In this document: piece by piece, positions 50,861 to 63,395 of the stretch
How positions within the stretch are numbered: the first letter of the stretch is position 1
Layout: every line of letters starts with the position of its first letter
DNA from: Vicugna vicugna
Lineage: Eukaryota
DNA: 64,000 bases
Direction of reading: 5' to 3'
Assembly (NCBI GenBank): GCA_013265495.1
Contig: MU058337.1
Coordinates: 808,001 to 872,000 of the forward strand
Notes under the pieces: model-generated
The model's database searches: none
What the model was told of the DNA's origin: nothing
What the model saw: only the letters and a program-made list of their open reading frames with translations
Made by a program: the position numbers and the translations under genes

Positions 50861-51967
50861 CAGTTAAGTGTCATGAGCTCAGGTGGATTTGGGGACAATT
50901 ACTACTTAGGCGAACATATCTTTAATTTTAAATAAATTGAGGGAAACTTACTCAGACGCCAGCGGGCTCTTTGGGTTAAGAACGCTGATGATCTGGACAG
51001 CAGGAGGGGAAAGGAGAGGCGGGGCGGGAGAGAAGGTTTCCATGGCAGCAGCATCCACCGATTTGACAACGTTCGCCAAAGGAGGGGAAAGGGAGCTGGA
51101 TGTCATGGATAAGGACTCTTGAGTGCTGAGCGAAATGGAAAAATGTATGTAAAACTTCAAATCTTGGCTTCTTTGGAAGAAGAAACTGTGGCAACACGGC
51201 CTGAGTACACACGTGGCAGGATCAGCTTTAGATGGTGTGTGCTTTCGGATGGCCCATCCCCCCCGCTGTTGTACACCTGGTGGCCTTGCTCCTTCCTGTG
51301 GACGCCTGGGCCCTGTCACTGCTAGAATTCTCAAACTTGGCATGAATAGAATAGGACTGGCTTTTTAAGTGAAAACTGCAGTGTGGCACTGGGAGGAGAA
51401 AGAGAAGGCTTGGGAACCTAAGCATTGGCAAAGAGTGGAACTCTGCCACTGTTATTTTTGTTAGCTTTCAGAATTAAATTATAGACTCTAATAAATTGAT
51501 AGTGTTTCTGCTCATTCCAGTGTTCGACTTCCTTTTAATCACACTAAAAAAAAATTGAACTCATGCATCGAGAGAGAAAACTGATTAATGTCAATTATGT
51601 TGCACATTTTCCCCCAAAATGAAATGATTTATTTTAGTTATATGTTCTTAGGGAAATGACTTCAACATTTATATTCGGAAATCTTAAGTCTTTTATCATT
51701 TTAAAGTATTAGGTATATTTTGACTATTCTAAACAAAATAAATACGTCTTTTCAAACTACTCCCAAAGAATCCTCTTAAGAAGAAAAGATAAACACATTT
51801 TGAAGAAAAGTGAATAACGTATGGCTAGAATCAAAGGCATGGCCTAGAAAAGATTTGACTGTTTTGCTTAATCTAAGCAACTGTTAGAATGGAACTTGGG
51901 ACATTGATTCACTCAGTTTGCTTCAAGTTAAATCTGAACTAGCTAGGGTAACCACTGGTGCCGGCTA

Positions 51968-52125
51968 TTAATGCAAAAATATATAAAGATGGAAATTAGT
52001 CAACATTTCTTAGTGTTTCAGAATCTATTTCTAAAGCCTTCTCCATAACTGGAGGATGTTGATCTAGACAACCTTTCCCGTCTCTTCCTTCCATGGTCCT
52101 GGGATTCTGCATAAACTGCTGTGAT
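51968..52125 (+). repeat. Diverged direct repeat, copy 1 (158 bp)
   Basis: Collinear with 53265-53422 through the blocks ttaatgcaaaaa, gaaattagtcaac, tcttagt, taaagc, ctaga and gattctgc.taaactg..gtgat. Confidence 0.8.
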
Positions 52126-53264
52126 CCACACGTCGCCTTAATTTAGCTCAGGTTAAATTTCACCCCAGATCTAACTTCATTGTGTAGAAGAACAATTTCA
52201 TGATTTTGACTTACTTACTTCAGGCAGATCATGTCCAGTTGACTGCCTCACCTTTTGTTGGCTGATTCAGTGATGAAATACAGCAGTATTTTCATATGCC
52301 AGCTATGGTCACAGTTTTCTGTCTCTGACAGAAATCGTGTCTGGAGCTAGAGGTGCCATGAGTCTCATATTTCTTAATAGACTGAGTTTCCTGGGATTTG
52401 GTCAAAATGGCAAACTATACAGAATTAGATACCTGAAGCACATCCTAACAGACCCCCCCAACACAATTGTTGAAAACTGTGCTCTGGGATTGGGGAGGGA
52501 CCTTTTAGGCAACATAAAGTCAGATGACATGTTTCCACCTGGTGACCTGCTTGCACTTGTTGAAGAGAAGGACAGCCTTTTGTTTATTTTATACCAAAGT
52601 AGCCAAAAGGAAATTATAACTGAAAGGGTTGTCTGAGATCTACACACGGTTGCGTGTGAAGGCTGAGTACCAGCACAGCACAAGAATTTTGAAACAAGTT
52701 CAATATGGTAGTAATTGCCTGAAACAACTAGATTTTAAGTGTATAGAATTTAGTAGGTGCACTAAAATCCAGTTTCAAGCAAGATTCTGTGTCATCATCC
52801 TTGCAAACAAGAGTAAATTGCAATAAATAGACAGACTCAACAAATGCTCCATTTTGAGTGTTTGCTCTTCCTCCACACGTTGTGCTTCCACAACAGACCT
52901 ACCAACAGTTCCCGGGACACATCACCCTCTTCCCTTTCTCCCAACACACAGTCCAGCTGAGTGATAATGACCTGAAAGAAAAACATTTTCTGCTGGTTCT
53001 CCAGCACCCAGAACAGTATCCATGGTGTAGTGGTTAAGTAAATATGTTGAGTAAATGAAGAAATGTGACTGGCTTTGACTTCTCCAGACTCAACTCTACT
53101 AAACACAACCCAACTAAACCACGACACAGAGTTGACAGTTTGATGCATCAACTATTACGTTCCTCCCCTACCCCACCGCCCTCACGAGTTTCTGTAATCC
53201 ACAAGACCCTGTCCTCCGCTCGGGTAAACTAGGGCAATCTGCTGCGGGTGACAGATGGAGAGTT

Positions 53265-53422
53265 TTAATGCAAAAACATAGGGAGAGAGAAATTAGTCAA
53301 CGTCTCTTAGTCTCAAAACATACTTATAAAGCTTCATCTGTAACCAAACGTTATTAAGCTAGAAAACGTCATTTTTTCTCTTTTTCCCCATAATTCTCTG
53401 ATTCTGCTTAAACTGTAGTGAT
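53265..53422 (+). repeat. Diverged direct repeat, copy 2 (158 bp)
   Basis: Same ordered blocks as 51968-52125, about 1.3 kb downstream. Confidence 0.8.
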
Positions 53423-55044
53423 AATGGATAAAGTTACATATTCTGAACTATTAAGTGGAAGCACTTGTTTTTGAAAGTTCAGACAGTAAAACACACGTAT
53501 AATTAAAGCACGTATAATTTTTCCTCTGAAACTGTCAGTGCTCTGTGACTTGCTTTGCAATTTCACTCACAGTGAAAGAGAACACGGTCAAGGGTGGGAA
53601 GCTTTTCTTTCTCTCTCCCCTTCTCCCTCTCCTCTCCTCTCCCAGGATCATCTGAGACGATTTCCAGAGAAACACATTTAGTTTGGCATCAAAAATCTGG
53701 CCTCCCTGTGAAGGTAGCTCATTGAGCTCAGATTCAGAGGACAAAGAGACGCCGAAATCATGAAGCAGACGCGGGCAGCGGAGGAACTCTGGTTTAACTC
53801 CATCCAGCTGAGAGCAAAGGTCCCCCACGCATCTACGAGTTAGGAGATTAGGGCACGTGGAGGGGGGACGACTAGAGGAGGACAATGCAGGAGGGGAGGA
53901 TCGCGGAAAGGGACGGGGTGACGCCGCGGTGGGGCGGGGAGAACTCATCGAGGCATGTGAGTTGTCTTTTTTTCTAAAATCACAATCCAAGGGCAAGTGG
54001 GGTTTCCTTTCGGTATCTGCGAGATGCTGTCATTCTCTACCGAGAAGACGCAGGCCAGGGTGTCAGCACCAGCCACCGGGAATGAGAGCCAGACCGTGAA
54101 CTGGGTCCTGGTGGAAGCCAGCTGCAAGGGCGATGACAGGCCAGCATGTGCGGTGCTGTGCCCGCAGCCCTGCGTGCTCTCCTTCTCTTCCTTCTAGGAA
54201 ATTGGTCTGTGGGCATCTTCCTCCAGACGCTGTAACTCCCCGACCAGCCACACGGGTGTAATGTTATGCTAAGTGCTCAGGGTGAGACTCAGAATTTGCC
54301 AAAAATATGGTGTCTGTCTTCTGGCTCTCGATACTAAATTAACACGCAGAATAAGGCCACCAATCCCTCGGCACTGTGGCTGCAGAGCCTTAGCTGTGCG
54401 TAATTAAGAATTTAAATATTTGTGAATTTTTTAAAAAGGCATTTGCATTTTAGCCGATAGGTTGGGTGAAGTCTCCCTCAACTCTTATTAATAACAGATG
54501 ACATCTCTAAATTTAAACACAAATACCAAAAACATAACAATATGCCTTAAAATGAACGACCACGTTGTGTATAAGATTATATTGCTCGTATACATTATTA
54601 AGTAATCTTTCCTGAAAAATAAACAGACACCCATTATATTATTCTTAAATTTTACTCTGCAGATTTTAAACAGCCCAAGTTAGATCATAACCCAAGAGAT
54701 ATTTTTTCTGCCTGCTTCTGTTTCTAAAACAATGTTAGCAAGCATTAAAGAAGTTATATTTCAAGCCAGTTTCTAATCCCTAATTTTTACAAAACCAGCA
54801 AGTCTCAACTTCAATGAAATCACATAAACTTTTAAGTGTTCTTGTCCAGAAAATATTAAGTATACGTTTTTCCCTTTAAACTATGATATCTAGGACATAT
54901 CTGGAGGAAACTTGAAATGTATTTCCTTCACAAAGATGAATTTTCTATCCCAGGGAATATTTGATTTATATTAACCATGGTGAGTGTTTCTAGAATCCTA
55001 TGTTGACAATAAATTCATGCAGTTTAAAAACACATTTCAATGTA

Positions 55045-55067
55045 CGTGTGTGTGTGTGTGTGTGTGT
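55045..55067. repeat. (TG)n microsatellite
   Basis: About 11 contiguous GT units. Confidence 0.9.
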
Positions 55068-55079
55068 ACATATTCAGGT

Positions 55080-56860
55080 CATTCTCAAACACAGAAAAGT
55101 TGAAAAAAAATAGACATTGGTCATCTCTTTATCCATCATTTATATTCTACAGTTAGTATCTTACTCCACTTGCTTTATCACAAATGTGTCCATCAGTTTA
55201 TTCCGTCCGTTTTGATGGATCTCACAGCAAGCTGCAGACGTCAGCACATTTCCCCACTAGACACTCCAGTATACATATCATTAACCAAAAGCCAGTATTT
55301 TCCTTTCTTTTTTTCTTTTGAGGTAGAAGTTATATGAAATAGAGCAGTCACAGTTCTTGAGTCACCACTCCAGGAGTGTAGACAAATGCACACAGCTGTG
55401 TACAAACACCTATGATTTTTAGAATATGACCACCAGCCAGGAAAGCTGCCTCAGGCCCTTTCTAGACGATCATCATTCCCGCTGCCCCACGGGCCGCCAC
55501 GCGTGTTAGCTCTGCTGTTCAGGAACTTCACGTAAGTTGTTCATACAGACGGCAGACGCTTCTGTGCAAAGCCACCTCCACTCATAATGCCCGTGTGGTT
55601 GCGCGCGTCCGAGTTTGTTCTCTTACTTCTGGGGGCAGCTCTGTGTCCATGCACCGCAGCTTGTTCGCCCATTCTCCTCCGGATGGGTGCCTGGGTGGTT
55701 TCCAGGATGATCGTTATGAATAATATGAATGGTACGCTGTGCGCATTTTTGTACAAGTTTTCTGGTTGTCCTTTTCTGTCCCTTGGGGACATACTTAGGT
55801 GTGGAAATACGTGTCACAGGATAGATGTGTGTTTGGTTGCATAAGAAATCGACAGGCGATCTTACAAAATAGTCGGCGTGTTTTATACACCTAGCAGCAG
55901 TACGAGAGTCAGCCAGCCTTGCACGTGGAGTGAAGTTCGACGTTACCAGGGTTTTTGTTTTGTTTTAAATAACAGCATTTGGGTGTGTGACGGTTCTTCA
56001 TTGTTCTTCTAGTTGACAGCTCTTGGATTCCTAACGACGCTGGCACTTATTCATGTGCCCCCCTGACACTTGTATCTCCTGTGTGAAATGTCTGAATATT
56101 TTGCCTTTTAAACAATTGTTGTTTTAACCATTGTTGGATTGCTTGTCTCCTTTTTTTAACTGAGTTGTGGAAGTTTTTTGTGTTCCTTGAAGATCAACTC
56201 TTTGTCAGATATACGTTTTATAAATATTTTTTCCCAGAACGTGTCTTGGCTATTTCTATTCTTAATGGATTATTTGATGAGCAAAAGTTTGTTGTTAGTG
56301 AGTGAAAACAAAGTCGATTTTTGCTTACTGGCCTCGTACCCTGGATTCATACCGGTAGTTGTTACTACAAATTCCTCAGGAATTTCTGCATAAACAGCCT
56401 GCTTCTCTGCTGAAGAAGACAGTCCCCGTTCCCCTTCCTGAATGTCATGCCGTCGCGCGTTCTTGCCTGTGGCGCCAGCTAGGGCCCCTCCCGCAGTATG
56501 AAGTCAAAGTGATGTGACTGCACACCGTGCCTTGTTCTCCATCTGAGGGGGAAGACCTTCAAGATTTCACAGGCTATGGTGTTAGTTTTCATTACCACAT
56601 AGAATGAGTTCCCTTTTGTTCTGTGTTGACCGTTTTCATCACGAAGGGGTGTTGAATTTCTTCATCAAACGCATTTTTTTCTGCGTTGACCAAAACGACC
56701 AGAGGCTTTTGTTTCCCCGTGTTACTGTGCTGATGCACTGATTGATGAGGCTTTATCTTCCAGTATTGAAGCAGCCGTCTCGTTTGGGATAATCCCCACT
56801 AGGTCATAATGCATTAGCCTTCTTATTTACTGCTAGCTCCTGCCTTTTATTTAAATTTCT
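55080..56860 (-). mobile_element. Old LINE-1 (L1MD/L1ME-type) 3' UTR and ORF2 remnants
   Basis: 'cagaaaagttgaaa', 'gcaagctgcagacgtcagcacatttcccc', 'ctttgtcagatata...aaatattttttcccag', 'gggtgttgaattt' and 'gggataatccccactaggtcataatg' are antisense L1 motifs. Confidence 0.8.
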
Positions 56861-58394
56861 AGATTCAAGGGGACGTTCTTTGATTGCTTACTTTTCTTTT
56901 TCAGCAAAGTGAATTTTCTATTTGGGTAATGTTCTGAGCTCATTCTAATTAGCTGAGATAATTGTAACTGCAAGAATTATTTCTGAGAACATGTCTAAGC
57001 AGTTATTCAAAAATACATTAGAAAGGCACAGTAAATCACAGAACAAATATATTAATAAATGCACAAAGTTCATTGGACAAAAATAGTTTATTTAGTGTTA
57101 GTATTGGTGTTTCTTCATCTCTAAGATAAAGCTTTAATCTAGTTTTGATTTTAGAAACATGGTCCTTCTAGGCAGAGGAACCCCTGACCCAGCTTTGTTT
57201 ATGACGCAAAACCCAGCGGCTCTCCAGGGTTGGGACAAGTTCTCCATCCCTGACACAATTCTTGTGGGGGTGGCAGTGAGGAAACAGCCTTGGGGAGGCT
57301 GCAGAGGCTGCGGAGGCTGCAGCAGATCTTCCTGGGAACGCTGGAGTCCAGGGCTCTGCACTCAGAGCCCTCGGAAGGCCATTCTCCCCTTGAATGCTCC
57401 TTCTGTTTACACTGTCTCTCTCTCTTTCTCTCCTCTTTCTGTCTCTCTCTGCATCTCCCCTTCACTCTCAGTCTCATTCCTTTTCCACTCTTTCTGCAGT
57501 TGCATTGTGACGATGTGACTATTTATCAAAAGCTCCTGTAGCTCAGACATTGGACTGTTGCCGTTTCTCATCCCTCCCTTCATCTTTGAGGACACAGTCC
57601 CAGCAGCCAGCTTGGAGGGGGTTAAAGCTCAGGCACGTTTGCCGTTTCTTCAGGCAGCACGTGGCGGGGCTCACAGCTATGCTGGAGCTGCAGATCTGCC
57701 AGCAAGTGAACACAAAATGTGATCACTTCATGAATGGAAAAGAAGCCTTTACATCCTCATACGATCATGCAGAAGACATCTGAGAGACTAACAGGTCCAT
57801 TCAGAATAGCAGGTAAACCTGCTCCGTGCATTTATTAATTTAATGAAGAAAAACACCTAACATGGGTCTGTTAACATTTTGAGCTGACGTGACTTTCTGG
57901 GTTTGTTTTTTTTTAATCAATCTCTGAGGTGTTAACACGTGTAATACCATCTCAGCTCCACAGCTGGGAGCGACTCTCAGAAACTCTTGGAGCCTCTCGA
58001 TGATCTTTTTCGGGGTTAGAACTAGGGGAGCATGGCTAGTTTGTTGTTCTCTCACAGCTGGAATTCTCCTTGTCATCTTGGGCTTTCTGTCCACACATTT
58101 CTCATAGGGGCTGAATTATAAATGGTGGTAAGTTGCCAAGGTTACCCTCACAGATCTCACTAATGCCCTCATGGAAACAAGGACCTTATGGAGGAGAACC
58201 TTTCAGACACACCCAGTGTCTCCAGAACCTCCAGTCATTTGGCATCTGGCATCATTTTGAAGATGTTTTATGTCTCAGAAGAAAGGGGGCCAGCATGGGT
58301 ACGCCCCTCCCCACGTGTCTGTGTGCCCCACTCCCTGTGAGGGCTGGAGAGCCACTACACTTACTGAGAACTCTCTCCATTTTAGACCTCTGCT

Positions 58395-58580
58395 AAGCTC
58401 TTTAGATGCACTATCACATTGAAATCCTGCAAGAGTTCTTTAAGATATAATATTCTCTGCATTTGCAAAATAGAGAAACTGTATCTTGGAGAGGATATTC
58501 CAGTCCCTTGAGGTCATTGCTAGGAAGCAGCAGACACAGAATGTAAAGAGAGGTCCGTCTGACTCCGAGCTCCGAGCTCT
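58395..58580 (-). mobile_element. MIR SINE
   Basis: 'cattgaaatcctgcaag...atttgcaaaatagagaaactg...aggtca...gcagacacagaa...gtctgactcc'. Confidence 0.65.
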
Positions 58581-59299
58581 TGAAGGCTGAATGCAGACCT
58601 CCCGGGTAGCCCCTCTCCCATGAGTTAGGGCCAGTGACCCAGGCTGTACTATAGCTGTGAGCTTTATTATGTTATTTTTGGAAAAGCATAAATCATTTTG
58701 GGCTTCCAGAGTCAACTGCCAGAAAAGTGCAGGAGAGCTGGGCTGGCAAAATGAGCGGAGAGAAAAATTTAATTAAAGAGCCTCCTGTGAATTTGCATGG
58801 TCTTCTTTCACAGCTCTGGTTAGTGTGAATCCCGTCCTCTTTATGATGACGGGTCTTTGTGAACAGGCAGGAGAAGATCCAGTTTCTCTTTACCTACCGA
58901 GAGAGAAGTGAAAGCGAGCATTAACTCTAAGTGTCAATGAAAATCAGCGCATAGTCAATTGACATAAAGGTTCTCATCTAATAAGCAGTAAATACAGAAA
59001 TCAGGACGGTGGAGTTCACTGTCTGCTCTAGAGGTCTTTGCATGTTAATAAGATAACCTTCAACTCAGTATATGACGGGCTGATACGACCTCTTATTCAG
59101 AAAGCGACATCGTTCTGGAATTCTAAAACTGTCTGTGCCATCGGTCAGTTTGCTTGAGTTCTGTTATTTCAGGAGGGCAGGGTATCAGGCTCTTGGTTCT
59201 CACCTGACATTTTCTTGATGTTCTAGCACATCCTCCTCCTCATTCAGCGGACGGTGACTTTGCTCCCATTTCCTGGTGGCATATAGGCATACAGTCTTC

Positions 59300-59516
59300 T
59301 TTAATTACTGAAGTGTAGTCAGTTTACAGAGTTGTGTCCATTTCTGGTGCACAGCATCATGTTTCAGTCCTACATGTACACACATATATATTCCTTTTCA
59401 CATTCTTTTTCATTATAGGTTACTGCAAGATATTGACTATAGTTCTCTGTGCTCTACGGAAGAAACTTGTTGTTTATCTATTTCATACATAGTAGTTAGT
59501 ATCTGCAAATCTCAGT
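59300..59516 (-). mobile_element. Short camelid/cetartiodactyl-type LINE-1 3' end with degenerate TSD
   Basis: 'actgaagtgtagtcagtttaca...ttataggttactgcaagatattgactatagttc...gtatctgcaaatctc'. Flanked by ggcatacagtcttc (59286-59299) and ggcacacagttttc (59517-59530), 12 of 14 identical. Confidence 0.88.
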
Positions 59517-60784
59517 GGCACACAGTTTTCGGTGGACCAGGCTTGTACCGTGAGACCGTGTGTCTTCCTTACGCAGAGACCCGCCGGCTTCCGAGTGCTC
59601 ACCTTCACATCAGCTGGCAAACTGGCTGCTCACCTGTGTCTTGAGACGCGTCTCTCTATTCCAGCAGAGCATCTGGGAGTCTATTCAACCTTCCCACTAA
59701 ATGAAAAATGATCTCCAGGGAAATCTTCTCCTTTTACTTCTCGAAGAATTGTTGATGGTGTATAATCAGTGATCATAGTGCTTCTCCATGACACAAAATG
59801 AACCATTTTGAGGAAGGAAATGGGAAGTGCTCTTCTAGGGAAAAAGAGAACTAATTATCTCTTTAATCTCCTTTCCATAATCGGTAACTCCAGCAGCAGC
59901 ATAATTTGGGGTAGGGTGGGCAAAGCACCCTCAAAGCCACATCTCTGACCTGTGAAGATGTGACTCAGTCAACTTAAGATCTTCATATTTTAGGCAGAAA
60001 TAGTAATTCTAACCTTCGAATATTTTCAGTCATCATTATGTAGCAACTAAGTTTTCCGGCCTCAAGTTGTTATGATGTACAATAATTAAATAAATGTACT
60101 CAGTGTTTTGTCTGCTTAGTGGCTGTAACAAAATGCACATTTTGTCGTATTAGCTACTGATACTAGACTTCTTAGAGTCAGGATTTTTTGAGAAAATACC
60201 TCCAGAGTTTGCTTAAAAGAGAAGGTAGGACCCTGGGAAATGGATGTCTATTTGTGGCCAAAACAATACGATCATAGATTTCTCTGTAAGACCAGACTTA
60301 ACAGTTTATCTTGAGAGGGGAACGGAAGAAAAGATAAAGAAGCGATGAGGGGTGAGGGGGAGCCAGGTAAGAGGACGGAAGCCTGATGGCTCTTCGGGAG
60401 AAGTGCGAGTCCTTGGGATGGGATGGCATAAGAAGATCTGAGGAGATGAATGCCTAATTTGCACCACAGGTATCTGCCTCCATAATGGGAACTCCCCCTC
60501 TACTGCTCAAAATAATACGAAAAACCAATCATAATATGAAATTATTTTCATGGGCAAATATTGAAATACTGAAGAAAACCTGAAAATAGCACAAGCAGGT
60601 GACACAGCCTGGGGAGGCTGTACGGGGCATAAGGCCCCGCAGGAGTCAGAGTACCTTTGGAGGGTTCTGAAACGATGTAGGCAAGGACTCGGGGGTCCAT
60701 GCTGACCCTGTCTAGAGGTACGAGGTTGGGGTGCAGCCGACGACTGGCTTCCTTGCATGTCCAGATATCCACAGTAATTCCCAC

Positions 60785-60932
60785 CCTTCGCTGCCTATCG
60801 GAAAACCCTCGGGGAGCTTTTCACACTTGCTAATGCCAGGATGTGCCACCCCAGACAGTCTGATTCTTGAGGGTGGAACCTGGACTTCATTATAACTTCA
60901 GTGCTCCCCAGATACTTATAGAATGCAGCACT
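60785..60932. mobile_element. MER5A-like hAT-Charlie MITE
   Basis: 'ggggagctttt...atgccagg...ccaccccagacagtctgatt...gggtggaacctgg...gctccccagatactt...atgcagc'. Confidence 0.65.
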
Positions 60933-63114
60933 AAACTCTGTGACAGCAGCGAATATGATGCTGAGAATGCCGTGCAGTCAGGAACTTGGAGTGGCCCGCT
61001 TTCTCAAATGAGGCTCCTCATTTGAACCAGAGAACATCCAAAATTATTTTGGTAACTACATTTTTTTAGTTCCTCCAAGGATTCATATAACTACCCTGTC
61101 CTAAATGCTTACAGCAGGCTTAGGGCATGAGAATTAATTCTCTCACAGAACCCTACTTGAGGAAATCGGGTAGACAGAGGGTGGGGACATTACAGAGGCA
61201 TAAATATTTGGGGGTGCATTGCATGGTCTTGAGATAATCATGCCCATGCTCACTAACGACATAGCTAAGAACTCATGGAACTCTTGCCAGCTGAGTCCAG
61301 GCTCTCCCGCACGAACCTAATGAACACTTGCCCCTGTGAGCTGCACGCAGTCAGTTCGCGTGATGCACTTAGCCTGATGGCATCACAGGGCCAGTGACAG
61401 TGACCAAGACACTCACACTGTCCAGACTGGGACAGTGTGTGCAGGTGTGTGCGTAGGAAGCACCGTGGATGGTTATGCTGAAACATGGGGTGTCAACTGC
61501 GACCTCCTCAGCATACCAAGAGGCAGACTTCTTCTCGTGCTAGACAATGAGCGGTGTTCCTGGGAGGGAGGTTCGCTTGGCCACCAGGACGGTCACAGGA
61601 GCAGAGTGACTAGAGGACGCGCTCTGGGGTCCGACTGAAGGCTGTCTGATTAGGAACTCCAGCTCCTGTTAGCTCCGTGGCCTTGCTATGTTCAGTGCTG
61701 GGTACTTGAATTATCCGTCCTGGTTAATATTGTATTCCAATTTCTTATTATGGAACGGCTTTTCAGTAAGTGTATTTGAAATGGACAAGGAGTGAGTAAT
61801 ACGCATTCCAGAATGTCCCTCCACTTGATAGCCCCTGCTGTGAAAATAACCTGTAGACACTGCTGTCTCTCCTAATATTAAATCTCAGAACTGAACGCCT
61901 AACTCCAGGTATGATCTCTCAGCTTTTCTGCAAGAAAATTAAGGAGTCTGGTATTTAACATGTTTGTTTAACAGCTTTATCAAATGTTGTTCTCATTAGG
62001 CTGCGGCATATGAAAAATTCAGGTGTTTGTACATCAAATTGCTTTCATCATGCCTGCAAAACTGAACAGCATATTTGATAGATTGATTTTAGGATTTTTA
62101 CGTTTATCTCAAGTGTGCTAGTTCTGTTTCCCCTACTTTGATTACTTTAAATTCTGATTTTAATCTTTATCATCTTACCATTTCTTACCAGCGCTGGAAA
62201 GTAATCTTATGTCATTGATAACAATATCGCATAAGAACGCAGAGCCCCCCCCCCCACTATGGTGTCTTCTACTTAGTTCGCGAACGCGAGCGAGTGTGGT
62301 GCTCCAGCTGGTAGCAGATCAGCCCAGCGGTGTCCCCATCACGCTGATGTGCTTGCTTTACCTAAACAGAACGTTAGGGCAGCACTAGGGGCCCTCTGCT
62401 TTCTCCCTAGAAGTCATATTCATTTACATTTGGCAGATAAGCACAACAAACTCATGGAAAACATTTTGACTACTTTATAATCCTTTTCTTTAAAAGTCTG
62501 AACGACCCTGACGGCCAGCATTTCAAAGACATGGTTATATGATTAGGGCCCAATGTAACACCTGGTCTGCGCTGAGCACTCAGTAACCGGGCTGAAGAAC
62601 TTACCTTTCAGTGTGCGATGACTTGCTGAGGCCTTGTTAGAAGGCGCTTTAAACAGTGAAAAGGTTGGGGGATTGTTATTAGGAGAACTCACGTTAAGTT
62701 GCAGCAAAATGTACATAGTTTATTAAAATAAGAAACCAAGAGGGCACCATAAACTCTCAGTGAACAATGAAATATTTAGCTTAAAACTTCCTCCAAAGCA
62801 CTGATGTTTCAGTAGCTAAAGGTACTGATTTAAAAAAAAAAATTGGCTTAGATACTTGAGGCTCCAGAATTTAGCAATATACCACTTGTCACTCTCCACT
62901 CTAACATTTTCTGTTATTCTGCTGCTTGGGGCCTCTTGTTGGGCTGTTTCCTAATTCTGGGAGGTTCTGTCTTCAGAATTTGAGAGCTGGAAAAGAGCCT
63001 AAAACCCAACCAGTCTCAAATACCTCTCAAATTTTAGGGATAAAAATGAGATCCAGAAAATGGCTCTTGACACAAAGCTGTCAACAGTGCACATTTCCTG
63101 ATTTCCAGATCAGA

Positions 63115-63395
63115 TGGCAGCATAGATAGTGGTAAAGATGCTGGTTGCTAGGTCCAAATTATCAGAGTTCCAGTCCTGGTTCGATCATTTACAGAAATTG
63201 TGTGAGCTCCACTGAGTTACTCGTCCCTTCTGAACCTCGGTTTCCTCATCTCTAAAATGGGGTAATAATACCCCTGACCTCAGTTTCCTCATCCCTAAAA
63301 TGGGGCAATAATAGCACTGACCTCATCAGGCTGCCCCAAGTGGCCTGAGTTAGTAGATGTGGAGGACTCAGAAGCGGGCCCAGCTCAAGGAAGCA
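63115..63395 (+). mobile_element. MIR SINE with internal 43-bp tandem duplication
   Basis: MIR core 'cctcagtttcctcatc.ctaaaatgggg.aataata' is present twice, at 63234-63276 and 63277-63319. Confidence 0.85.

Noticed and set aside
53535..53996. 153-aa minus-strand ORF
   Set aside because: Non-ATG start, low-complexity Ser/Pro/Arg content from G-rich and (CT)n tracts, and no recognisable domain.
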